64,000 bases of DNA from Polyangiaceae bacterium. GTDB lineage: Bacteria > Myxococcota_A > Polyangia > Polyangiales > Polyangiaceae. The notes below the pieces were generated by a model that saw only the letters and a program-made list of their open reading frames with translations, was not told where the DNA came from and did not search any database. Where the stretch lies: NCBI GenBank assembly GCA_033763455.1, contig JANRKO010000045.1, positions 83,213 to 147,212 of the forward strand, given 5' to 3'. This document shows, piece by piece, positions 20,565 to 29,345 of the stretch. A program made the translations under genes and the position numbers. The stretch's first letter is position 1. The number at the start of each line of letters is the position of its first letter.

Positions 20565-22382
20565 TCAGGGTTGCGCCGGAGATATGCGCTCCAAAAATGA
20601 CTTTGAGCTAAAGAGCTCAACGAGTGCCGCCCGATAATCCCCGCCCTCCTGATACTTATTGAGGACCGCGCTCAAGCTACAACCGTCACCTTCGCCCTCA
20701 AGATGCCCCATCCAGTAGCGGAACGAATGCCGTACGAAGCAGCCCTCGACAACGCTTGACACCGCAAGCCTGCTGCCGAGCTGTACGGCGCCGTTGAACG
20801 TGCCGTCGCCCATGCCGGTACCCTTGAGTTCACCGGAGGCGTTCACGGGCTTGCCTTGCTCCATTGTCCTAAAGCGCCCCACGTGGTCGAAGTCCTCCAT
20901 GCCGAGGCCAATCGGATCCATCATGGTGTGGCACGCAGCACAATCCGGACGTGCAGAGTGAACCTGGAGCTTGTCGCGCATCGTGGCTGCTGCACCCAGA
21001 TCTGGCAGCGGAGGGACCACATCGATAGGAAGTGGCGGAACTTCTTGACACAACAAGCTGCTTGCCACGAACTTTCCCCTCTGTACGGGTTTCGTTTCCG
21101 CCATCGCGGAATACGCCGTGAGAAAGCTAGGCTGTGTGAGCATGCCAGCGCGCTCGCCCGCTGGCGCCGGGAGGAGCGTAGCCTTAGCCCCTATTACGGA
21201 GGATATCCCATAATTTTCCCGACTCACGTCGTTCGCCACCACTTGTCCGAACGTGAGCAGCTGATTGAGAAAACCTGCGCCCAAGCTGCGGGTTGATACT
21301 TCGCGCACCCAGGCTCGGGTGTCGTCGATGAGCGCATCTGGCTTGTGAAAGGGAACCTCCTTGGCGTCCTTGGGGACAATAGCCGCCTTTTCGAACTGGA
21401 AATATTCAGCGATGAAGCGCGCGTAGGCCGGCTTCGTTTCCAGTTGCGAGATAAGCTGAGAAGCTGCACCCGCAACCTCGATGGGCGTGGTGAGCTTTCC
21501 GGCGCGTGCTTGTTCCCAGAGCGCCGCATCCGGCGGAGCGTCTGTCAGCGTATAAGCCAACGCGGACGCAACCTCGAAAGAGTCCAATCGACTCACCGTA
21601 GGCTCCATAGCGGCTTCTCCGAGCTCGGCTCGAAAAATCGATTGCGGCGCCATGAACATTGCGCGCAAGACGAGCTTCAGAGCTCTCGTTGCCCCCAAAG
21701 CAGCTGCATTATTCGTGCTAATGCTCTCATACGCAGTCGCTTCCTCCGTGGACAGCGGCCGCCGAAACAGGATCTCGCCGGCCGAGGCAATCACACTTTT
21801 CACGCAGGCCCCATCGACGGACGCGCTCACGCAGCTCTGTGAATCCTTGCCCCAAGCCTGAAGCAGCGACGCTGCTACCGAGTCGCTCACGTTCCAAAGT
21901 TGCGTGAACTCAAAATCGGTCATCCCGTAGGAGTCGGAATTGGTGGAGAAACGGTCGGAAGCGTTGGGCGCACCAAATACAGAACCGACCGCCACGGGCG
22001 AGTTATCCCCCTTGGCTGCCGCGTCTCTCCCGAGCACCAAAGCCGCAACGGTTCGCTCCAGCTGAGTTTGGGTGAGGCGCCAAATGCGCGCAGGAACCGT
22101 TCCCCTAGCCGCACTGCTACATGCAAAAGCAGGATCGTTTGGGAGGGCGCTTGTAGTACCAGGAGCCGGCGCGCCACCCACACCGGATGATGTGGCTCCA
22201 CCTGTGCCAGTCGGCTTCGCAGCTGCCGATCCGCCAGCGGCGGCCTCAGGCTGGCTTTTACGTGGTAAATCGTCACCCGGGAGTTTAGCGCTGCATCCCA
22301 GGGAACCCGCGAAAAGCGCTGCCATCCCTGCGAACCGGTAGATCCATTGTTGCTCGCTCACGCCCAACGTATGCCCAGCCAT
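20565..22382 (-). CDS. DUF1592/DUF1588-family heme-c lipoprotein, copy 5
   Basis: Lipobox SLGC; IWRLTQTQL, FEVASALAYTLTDAPPD, PVQRGKFVASSLLC, CAACH, FDHVGRFR. Confidence 0.9.
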   Translation of the reverse strand: MAGHTLGVSEQQWIYRFAGMAALFAGSLGCSAKLPGDDLPRKSQPEAAAGGSAAAKPTGTGGATSSGVGGAPAPGTTSALPNDPAFACSSAARGTVPARIWRLTQTQLERTVAALVLGRDAAAKGDNSPVAVGSVFGAPNASDRFSTNSDSYGMTDFEFTQLWNVSDSVAASLLQAWGKDSQSCVSASVDGACVKSVIASAGEILFRRPLSTEEATAYESISTNNAAALGATRALKLVLRAMFMAPQSIFRAELGEAAMEPTVSRLDSFEVASALAYTLTDAPPDAALWEQARAGKLTTPIEVAGAASQLISQLETKPAYARFIAEYFQFEKAAIVPKDAKEVPFHKPDALIDDTRAWVREVSTRSLGAGFLNQLLTFGQVVANDVSRENYGISSVIGAKATLLPAPAGERAGMLTQPSFLTAYSAMAETKPVQRGKFVASSLLCQEVPPLPIDVVPPLPDLGAAATMRDKLQVHSARPDCAACHTMMDPIGLGMEDFDHVGRFRTMEQGKPVNASGELKGTGMGDGTFNGAVQLGSRLAVSSVVEGCFVRHSFRYWMGHLEGEGDGCSLSAVLNKYQEGGDYRAALVELFSSKSFLERISPAQP

Positions 22383-22446
22383 CGGAACCTTTCTGAAAAA
22401 AAACGAAACTCACGCTCACTGCTCCTCGATCGCCCGAGGGACTCGG

Positions 22447-24018
22447 TTAGGGAGAAATGCAATTGATCGGGAAAGCTGTGGAAAGCGTGACGTTATCGGC
22501 TACGGGGCACTTCACGCGAATTGAATAAACCGTGGAGGGCTGGGACGATAACGTGGTGTCGTCCGTGCGTGTGATTACGCCCATCATTGCATGAATACCG
22601 GGCGGGAGTTCGATTCCACTCAGCGTGTAGTCCGGAGCTGTTACGGCACCCAGCGGCTTGTCGCCGTCCCAAACCTCGACCTTCTTTATTTTAGTCGGAT
22701 CGTAGTTCACGGCCAGCTTCACGCTTAACTTGGCGCCGGGCTCAATTAGCGTCACAGGACGCTTCTGTTCGCTATGTTGAGGCACCGGTGACGCCACGCT
22801 CACCGCGTTGTCGGGCGAAGCATACCCGCGCCACACGTGCGCTGCGTACGAACCCAAAAGCCAGACGGCCCTGGACTTGTCAAAGGGCGCGCTCGCAAAC
22901 GGTGCAATGTTTGAGCGCGTGCCCTGCGTCATGACCTTGAAATTTCCACTTCCATCTTGGTCCGGAAGCCAATCATTGCGTTCACCCACCCAACCGGAAG
23001 CCTCCTCGATCTCCACGAGCGCGGGCTGAGCGGTATCGTTCGAGAGTGTGCTCGGATAGCGTCGTGCTACGGACTCCCAATACCAGACCATGGTAAGATT
23101 CGCGGAACCATCAAACGCGTGGCCACCGCCCCACTGCGGGGCGATACCGAACAAGGCGCCACGCGGACGCACGAGCTCCAGATTGTCGATGTGTGCGTTC
23201 GACTGGCTCGCGTCGCGGCTTCCGTACCAAACCATCCAAGGCAACTTATCGAGCTCCGGCGTCTCGGGTCGGACCTCCAGCCCACCAGGAGAAATCGCAA
23301 TGAACCGCGAGGGCTCAACCGATACGAAATCTCTCAATGCACCCGAGGACGCTGAGTGCCCCGTCGCCAGGAATGGCGCGAACTCCAGTTCGGGATGCCC
23401 AGATTGCACTGCCAGCAGCTTCAATGCTTCTTTCACGCCAGGCCATGCTCCACCGCTTGCATCAAAGTGAAGGCAAGCGAAATTCAGAAGCCTTGCGATT
23501 TCGGTGTAGTGCGCCTCGTTACGCGCCTTGACGATCCCTCGAATCTTCGAGATGCCACCGGGCACCCATAGCGGGTAATCGATACCCCCCACTTTCACCA
23601 CGTAACGCTTGTCCTTAGTGGAATCTCCGGCTTCGGCGTTGATTACCGCTGGGCCGTTCCCCGGTGTAGGAATAAGGGTGCTACCGCTTCCCCCTGAAGC
23701 AGCACCGCCCAAGCCCGGACTCCCCCCTGCCCCCTGCCCCCCAAGGCCCGGCTGCCCGCCCGCCTGGGTACCTGAAGGCGCTCCGCCCGCACCGGGGGTG
23801 AGAGCGCCCCCTCCAACACCGCCGGTGGCCACGGTGGCGATCTGTGACCCACCACCCGCGTTGGTGCGACCGCCGGAACTTCCAAGCGGCGCTCCCCCGC
23901 CTGAAGCCGGACTTTCAGCACCCCGGCGCGATCCAGCGTCCGTGGAGGAACACCCCACAAGACTCCATGCGAGCACACCTACGGTAACTGAACTTCCGAG
24001 TTTGGATTCGAAACGCAC
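22447..24018 (-). CDS. Lipoprotein with Gly-rich linker, alpha/beta-hydrolase-like domain and C-terminal Ig-like domain
   Basis: Lipobox LVGC; nucleophile-elbow-like TGHSASS, WYGSRD, GGGH; KKVEVWDGDKPLGAVTAPDY Ig-like motif. Confidence 0.6.
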   Translation of the reverse strand: MRFESKLGSSVTVGVLAWSLVGCSSTDAGSRRGAESPASGGGAPLGSSGGRTNAGGGSQIATVATGGVGGGALTPGAGGAPSGTQAGGQPGLGGQGAGGSPGLGGAASGGSGSTLIPTPGNGPAVINAEAGDSTKDKRYVVKVGGIDYPLWVPGGISKIRGIVKARNEAHYTEIARLLNFACLHFDASGGAWPGVKEALKLLAVQSGHPELEFAPFLATGHSASSGALRDFVSVEPSRFIAISPGGLEVRPETPELDKLPWMVWYGSRDASQSNAHIDNLELVRPRGALFGIAPQWGGGHAFDGSANLTMVWYWESVARRYPSTLSNDTAQPALVEIEEASGWVGERNDWLPDQDGSGNFKVMTQGTRSNIAPFASAPFDKSRAVWLLGSYAAHVWRGYASPDNAVSVASPVPQHSEQKRPVTLIEPGAKLSVKLAVNYDPTKIKKVEVWDGDKPLGAVTAPDYTLSGIELPPGIHAMMGVITRTDDTTLSSQPSTVYSIRVKCPVADNVTLSTAFPINCISP

Positions 24019-24188
24019 GTCGAGCTATCTCCGGGGTAAGAGTGGTTGGGCTGACCAAGGTGACAATGCGCGAGGGCTCTCCCTTTTCTGAAAGCCGGAG
24101 AAAAAATCCGTACACTTTGAGCGCTGAGCGATCACCGCATCCAAAGGTGGACGTTGGCTGTACGCCCGCGCTACGGTTCAGGACTAGG

Positions 24189-25235
24189 ATGTGCGCCGCC
24201 AAAACGGACTCCCGCCTTGCGCAACCCCGGTGCAGGCGTGGGCCGCTCGCAATCCTCGCTTTGGCCACTTTTTTGCTATTAGGGTTAGGTCCCAAGCGAG
24301 CCCCAGCACAAATCGTGACGCTTGGGGAAAATAAACGCTATGAAGAGCTTCGGAGGGCGCTCACAATTCAGTTGCCGCAGGTAAGCTGGCTCCAGGATCA
24401 ACGCGCCGTTCCCACCAAACCTTCAGATCGGGTCCAGCTAGGCGCGGCGCTGCTTAAGCGGCATCGGGCTCGGCTTTGCTTGTACCTCGCCGCCGAGGAC
24501 GCGCCGATCGAACCGAACGATCCCTTTACAATTACCGTGCTCCAACTGCTCCCGGGGAACGCCGGAGTTGAGAAATTTCTACTCGAAAGCATGGGGGATG
24601 AGACGGCCATGCGGGTACTGGCCTTGAAGCTCGCCGAGCTTTACCGGCAAGCCTCAACCTGGAGAGCCAACCCTGCGGAACCCGCGGGGTTGCGCCAGAG
24701 AGTGCCGCCGCGACCGCGCGAGCACCAGCCATTCAAACTAGACCTAGCAGGTGCGTTCCGAACGGCAGCCCACGGATTGGGGCTAACTTCAGGAGCCAGC
24801 GTGTCAATGGGTTATCGTCACAACGACGCTTCACTCATCGAGCTGGGTGGGATTGTTGCCTACTACGTAGGTTCTCAGTCGCCGAAGGGACGCTACACGC
24901 TCCACTTGACCGAGTGGGACCCTGCTGTCTGGCTCGCCATTCGCACACCGAGTGACGTATTTGTTGGGTTCGAGGTGCGAGCGGGGCTGCGTGTGACGAA
25001 CGCCGAGGCCACGCCTGAGAGCAGCCTTGCCGAGAAGGGGAGTGAGCGCGTGGCCGTCCCCAGCCTAGCCGGGCTCGCGAAGATGGGGACTTTGTTCGGA
25101 CGCTTCGAAGTGGCAGCTGCGGTCGGCCTTGAGGGAACCGCATGGGAGCAGCGCTTCGCCACTAACGGCCAGGAGGTGCTACGTCTGACCCAGTTTTCCT
25201 ACATAGCCACGCTTGGCGCAGGCCTATATTTTTGA
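24189..25235 (+). CDS. Secreted hypothetical protein with C-terminal beta-barrel-like region (start uncertain)
   Basis: Hydrophobic signal, amphipathic strands, C-terminal LGAGLYF (aromatic terminal residue, OMP-like); directly upstream of an ECF/anti-sigma pair. Confidence 0.55.
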   Translation: MCAAKTDSRLAQPRCRRGPLAILALATFLLLGLGPKRAPAQIVTLGENKRYEELRRALTIQLPQVSWLQDQRAVPTKPSDRVQLGAALLKRHRARLCLYLAAEDAPIEPNDPFTITVLQLLPGNAGVEKFLLESMGDETAMRVLALKLAELYRQASTWRANPAEPAGLRQRVPPRPREHQPFKLDLAGAFRTAAHGLGLTSGASVSMGYRHNDASLIELGGIVAYYVGSQSPKGRYTLHLTEWDPAVWLAIRTPSDVFVGFEVRAGLRVTNAEATPESSLAEKGSERVAVPSLAGLAKMGTLFGRFEVAAAVGLEGTAWEQRFATNGQEVLRLTQFSYIATLGAGLYF

Positions 25236-25252
25236 GCCAGCCGCAGAAAAAG

Positions 25253-25280
25253 TAACCCCCCCGGCATAGTCCACCCACTC
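25253..25280 (+). promoter_or_regulatory. Putative ECF sigma promoter TAACCC-N16-CCACTC
   Basis: agaaaaag TAACCC ccccggcatagtccac CCACTC, then 8 nt, then GTG 25289 of the ECF gene. Confidence 0.72.
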
Positions 25281-25288
25281 ACCACAAG

Positions 25289-25918
25289 GTGAAGCAAACG
25301 TTGGCCATAGCTCCCCCAAAGAGCCCAACAGCGCTCGACGAGGTTCCGGGCGGCGATGCTTTGATTGATGCTTGCAGACGCGGGGAAAGGGCAGCGCTCG
25401 ATGTCTTGCTTCGGCGGCACACTCCGTCGATCGAACGAACACTCGCAAGGTTGGTTGGCCATGCGGCAGATCGCCAGGATCTCCTGCAGCGCACGCTGAT
25501 TCTTGCCGTTCGGCAGTTTCCCACCTTTCGAGGGGAATCTCGGGTTAGCACTTGGCTCATAGGTATTGCGGTCAACGTTGCGCGGGATCACGTGAGGAGC
25601 GGCGCTCGACAGAAAGCGCTCGAGCTTCTCCCATCTGACGCCCAGCTCGCCCAAAGCGGTAGCTCGCCGGAGCATGTCCTTCGGGATCGCCAGTTGTTGG
25701 GGCATATTGAGCGTCACCTTTCGGCGCTGAGCCCGAAGAAGCGGTTTGCGTACATCTTGGGTGTCCTCGAAGGGCATCCGGTGGAAGAGGTTGCTCGAAT
25801 GTTGTCAGTCCCGGTGATGACAGCCAAGAGTCGTATTTTTTTGGCGCGACGCGAGCTCCGTCAGCGCATGCGCAAGGATCCAGCCTTGGCCGAGAGCTTG
25901 TTGGAGAGTTCACTATGA
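25289..25918 (+). CDS. ECF RNA polymerase sigma-70 factor
   Basis: Region 2 DLLQRTLI..FRGESRVSTWLIGIAVN; region 4 LEGHPVEEVARMLSVPVMTAKSRIFLAR. Confidence 0.92.
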   Translation: MKQTLAIAPPKSPTALDEVPGGDALIDACRRGERAALDVLLRRHTPSIERTLARLVGHAADRQDLLQRTLILAVRQFPTFRGESRVSTWLIGIAVNVARDHVRSGARQKALELLPSDAQLAQSGSSPEHVLRDRQLLGHIERHLSALSPKKRFAYILGVLEGHPVEEVARMLSVPVMTAKSRIFLARRELRQRMRKDPALAESLLESSL

Positions 25919-27111
25919 CGATCAAAACACTTAACTGTGGTCGGGCAATGCGCCTCTATTTGAATAGCCAATCGAGATCGAATGCCGACCAGGAGTCGCT
26001 TGCTAAGCACCTGGAAGGCTGTGCCGCGTGCCGGCAAGAAGTCTTGCTGACTCAAGCCTTCCGAGCGAGTCACGCGCGGCGCGACGCTATCGTTGGGTTG
26101 AAGGCGAACGCTCAGGAGCGCGCGATCTCGGCAGCCCTGGAAGAGGCCAGCACTACAGAGGCTGCCCACCACAGCGAAGCTGCAAAGAGCTCAAAGTACG
26201 GGGGAGCGAGGGTGTTGGCGGCTGCAGTGGTGCTGGCAGCTGTCGCCGCGCTGGTAGTGCGAGTGGCTTGGCCTGGCTCTGAACCTAGTACATTTCAACT
26301 CTCTCCAGCGGCACCAGCTGTGCTGAAATTCGCCCAAGCGGAGGTTCGCGCGCTTAGCCCAGCCGAAGCGAGCTGGAATTCAGAAGATGCAACCTTGCAT
26401 CTTAAGAGCGGATCCATCTCCGTGTCCGTGGATCCCAAACCGCACAAGAAGTTTCGCGTGCTTACCCCGCGTTTCTCCGTGGAAGTTACGGGAACACGGT
26501 TTGTGGTCACTAGCGATTCTGTTTCGGTTACCGAAGGCCACGTTCGAATTCGTGCCGTAGATGGCACTGTGCTAGCGGAACAGCTTGCCGCTGGTGGCCG
26601 CTGGTCGCTAAATGGCACGGAGGAGAAGTCGCCCCCTCCCCTCTCACCTACGCAAGCTACCATTTCGACAACAGCCCGACCGAACGAAGCCACCTCGCTG
26701 CAAACGCCCGGAGCATCTGCTCCCACCCCAGATGAAATGGACGCATGGCTGAAGGCTGCTGCACGCTTCATTGCGGACGGCAATGCGGGGCAGGCTCGAA
26801 AACTGCTCGAAAGAGTACTTGCCGCCGCGCCAACAGGTGCCGAAAAGGCGCGCGCTCAACTCCTGCTGGGAGACTGCGCAAGGCTCGACGGAAACGCGGT
26901 GGGTGCCTCGGAGCACTACCGCCAATCATCACGCACAGCAACAGATCCCTCGGAGGGCGACGTGGCGCTTTTCTCGGCAGCGGTAGCCGCCGCTGACGCC
27001 AAAGATCGCGTGCGCGCCAAAACGCTGTTCCAAAGCTACCTCACCCGGTACCCGAAGGGCACTCTGCGACGAGAAGCCAAACTTCGCCTAGCCGAGCTTC
27101 AGGCAGAGTAG
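25915..27111 (+). CDS. Anti-sigma factor: HxxxCxxC zinc finger, TM helix, FecR-like domain, TPR
   Basis: HLEGCAAC, TM LAAAVVLAAVAALVV, FecR-like VEVTGTRFVV..VSVTEGHV, C-terminal YLTRYPKG TPR-like end; ATGA coupling to the sigma gene. Confidence 0.85.
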   Translation: MTIKTLNCGRAMRLYLNSQSRSNADQESLAKHLEGCAACRQEVLLTQAFRASHARRDAIVGLKANAQERAISAALEEASTTEAAHHSEAAKSSKYGGARVLAAAVVLAAVAALVVRVAWPGSEPSTFQLSPAAPAVLKFAQAEVRALSPAEASWNSEDATLHLKSGSISVSVDPKPHKKFRVLTPRFSVEVTGTRFVVTSDSVSVTEGHVRIRAVDGTVLAEQLAAGGRWSLNGTEEKSPPPLSPTQATISTTARPNEATSLQTPGASAPTPDEMDAWLKAAARFIADGNAGQARKLLERVLAAAPTGAEKARAQLLLGDCARLDGNAVGASEHYRQSSRTATDPSEGDVALFSAAVAAADAKDRVRAKTLFQSYLTRYPKGTLRREAKLRLAELQAE

Positions 27112-27148
27112 CCTGCGTGAGCAACCGCGCGCCTAGCAAGCGAGCAGC

Positions 27149-27871
27149 CTACCGGGGCAGCCCTTCTGGTATGCCCCACGCCTCCATGAGGGTCGGTTCG
27201 AGGACGGAAAGCTGGGCGTCGGAGAGATCTGTATCGAAGAGGATCACTGCGCCAAGCGAACACTCGCTCATTCCCCCAAACGAGATGTACTCTAGATCCC
27301 CAAGTGTTTCTGTCACGCTGCGGCGTTCAACCGCTTGAGCGTTTACGCGCACTTCCAGCTCGAAGGCCTCCTGGCGGATTGCCACAAGGGTGGGCGTGTC
27401 CTGAACGGCGACCTTTCCAGCAAGTACAAACTTGGTCCGACTCGCCTCAATAATTAGGGCGTCGGTTTCGCTAGCCATTACAAGCTTCGGGGCGCTCCCG
27501 GGGACCGCCCCCTGCAGCACCCTACACTTGCCACCTCCCGGCATGAACACAGCAATGAGCCCAAAGCTTGCGGAGCTCGATTTCCGCGCCCCTGTCGACA
27601 TTTCCGAACTCAGCCCAAAACGCACCCAAGGCGTCGAAAGCAGGCTCGGTTGCAAAGCGGGCACCAGTTGGACGGCATCCACCCCTGTGGGTGAAAGATC
27701 CGCCCATCGAGGCAAAAGACCCGGTGTTAACCCAGGCTCCCGCGCATCTAGCCACAACACGGCGGTTTCTCGAAACGGAAACTTTGCAGTTGGCGGCAGC
27801 AGCTCCTCAACACGAGGTTCGCAGCCGGCGAGCATTGCCAAACTTAAAAGCACCGGTCCCTTCACGCTCAA
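27149..27871 (-). CDS. Lipoprotein with LamG/concanavalin-like domain
   Basis: Lipobox LAGC; LWLDA..WADLSPTG..AVQ..QP..AVILFDTDLSDAQL..L..AWGI pattern. Confidence 0.6.
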   Translation of the reverse strand: MSVKGPVLLSLAMLAGCEPRVEELLPPTAKFPFRETAVLWLDAREPGLTPGLLPRWADLSPTGVDAVQLVPALQPSLLSTPWVRFGLSSEMSTGARKSSSASFGLIAVFMPGGGKCRVLQGAVPGSAPKLVMASETDALIIEASRTKFVLAGKVAVQDTPTLVAIRQEAFELEVRVNAQAVERRSVTETLGDLEYISFGGMSECSLGAVILFDTDLSDAQLSVLEPTLMEAWGIPEGLPR

Positions 27872-27902
27872 CCGGCATGAAAGGTACCGGTTGCGGAAGC
27901 AT

Positions 27903-28547
27903 TCAACAAGCAGAGAACTGGGCCGAGCCCTGTGCCAGCTCGAACCGGTCGCGACGCGGCAGGGGCGAGACTGAGATCAAGTCTTCAGAAACGAACGTTT
28001 CCCGGATCTGGCGCCGAGCGGACTGCAGACGCGAGTAGGTGGTTTGGAGGGGTGCACCCACGGCGTCGGCGACTTCCTGTAACGTGTATTCCTCAAGCTC
28101 GTGCAAAACAAACACCGTCCGCTTGCCCTGCTCAAGGCCCTCAAGGGCACGGGCAAGGCGCCCCTCAAGCTCCCCACGCTCCGCCTCCCCCGAGCCGCCA
28201 TACAGACTTCCGAGCTCTGGCAGTGGAGTTGCGCGTTCGCGCCTAACCCAGGCACGGCGCCGATAGGCTGCTGCACCACGCACGCAAAACGCGTAAAGCC
28301 AGCTTCGAAGGGAGCCTCCCGTAAAGACGCCCAGACGTCGGTGTACCGCAAGCAGCACATCCTGCCCGACATCTTCGACATCTGCAGAACGCACACCAAG
28401 CTTGCGCAGGGTGCCCGTCACGAATCGCCGGTGCGCTCGGAAAACGTCTGAAAAAGAGAGGGAGGTACCGTATGCGTGCCAGCCCAACCTTGCCGCTTGT
28501 GAGTTTTCCGAGTGGATCACCGGGTTCTGCGGCTCAGCTAACTGCAT
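27903..28547 (-). CDS. ECF RNA polymerase sigma-70 factor
   Basis: DVEDVGQDVLL..SLRSWLYAFC; VFVLHELEEYTLQEVADAVGAPLQTTYSRLQSAR. Confidence 0.9.
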   Translation of the reverse strand: MQLAEPQNPVIHSENSQAARLGWHAYGTSLSFSDVFRAHRRFVTGTLRKLGVRSADVEDVGQDVLLAVHRRLGVFTGGSLRSWLYAFCVRGAAAYRRRAWVRRERATPLPELGSLYGGSGEAERGELEGRLARALEGLEQGKRTVFVLHELEEYTLQEVADAVGAPLQTTYSRLQSARRQIRETFVSEDLISVSPLPRRDRFELAQGSAQFSAC

Positions 28548-28553
28548 GCTCGT

Positions 28554-28581
28554 GAGTGCCCGCCCGGTGGCCTGAGGGTTA
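28554..28581 (-). promoter_or_regulatory. Putative ECF sigma promoter TAACCC-N16-GCACTC
   Basis: Minus strand reads gaaaaaaaa TAACCC tcaggccaccgggcgg GCACTC, then 6 nt, then ATG 28547. Confidence 0.72.
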
Positions 28582-28632
28582 TTTTTTTTCTGACCTCAAG
28601 AATTTAGTCGTCCACCCGGCATAGCTGCCCCA

Positions 28633-29301
28633 ATGCAACCTACTCGCGTGACACTGGTCCTTTTCAGCGTTCTCATGGGCTCGCTCCCCTTCGGCTGCGC
28701 GGGGTCGTCCCCTCGCTCCGCAGGTGACCCCGGATCAGGCGGGGTCGGCCAGGCTGGAGGCGCTCAGGCCAATTCCGGGGGCTCGGCGCCCAAGCCAGAC
28801 AACGCCGGAGGCTCAGGGGGGCGCCTCTCAACGGGTGGGCAAGTTGGGCTGGGCGGCAGCGCAATCGGCGGGAGCTCTTCAGGAGGGTCCAAAAGTACCG
28901 GTGGAGCCTCTGCCGCCCAAGGCGGCGCTCAGACAATCACCGGAGGCGCACCAGCCGGGGTCGGCGGTGCCACGCCTTCGGAGGGCGCTGCAGGTTCTCC
29001 AGATTTTACTACCTGTGATGCGAAGCCCCCGATGTCGCTAGAGCCTCCAGCTGTGACGATCGAAGGTGTTTGCCCTGCCAACGCCGAGCGCCCGACGACT
29101 TGTGCTGAGTACTGTGCGTGTTGGTTCACTCGGTGTTCCGTTCAAACCGAAACGCTTTGGCCGCTCGTGTATTCAACCTGGGGCCAATGCATGAGCGCCT
29201 GCGCTGGCTTTGCCGACTTTGACTGCAAGGCATACCGCGTGAACGATAATCCAAAGGAGCGGCACTGCTGTAAAGCCATTCCGGGAAATAAGTGTCCCTA
29301 G
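28633..29301 (+). CDS. Lipoprotein with Gly-rich linker and C-terminal 12-Cys domain
   Basis: Lipobox PFGC, long G/S linker, 12 Cys in the last ~97 aa. Confidence 0.7.
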   Translation: MQPTRVTLVLFSVLMGSLPFGCAGSSPRSAGDPGSGGVGQAGGAQANSGGSAPKPDNAGGSGGRLSTGGQVGLGGSAIGGSSSGGSKSTGGASAAQGGAQTITGGAPAGVGGATPSEGAAGSPDFTTCDAKPPMSLEPPAVTIEGVCPANAERPTTCAEYCACWFTRCSVQTETLWPLVYSTWGQCMSACAGFADFDCKAYRVNDNPKERHCCKAIPGNKCP

Positions 29302-29345
29302 GTGTACAGAAAAACCAGCACCTACGGTCATTCCAGGTAAACCCC

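Noticed and set aside
24222..28617. Further ECF promoter look-alikes: CAACCC-N15-CCGCTC (24222) and TGACCT-N15-CCACCC (28591)
   Set aside because: Spacer is 15 rather than 16, hexamers mismatch, and no start codon lies 6-8 nt downstream
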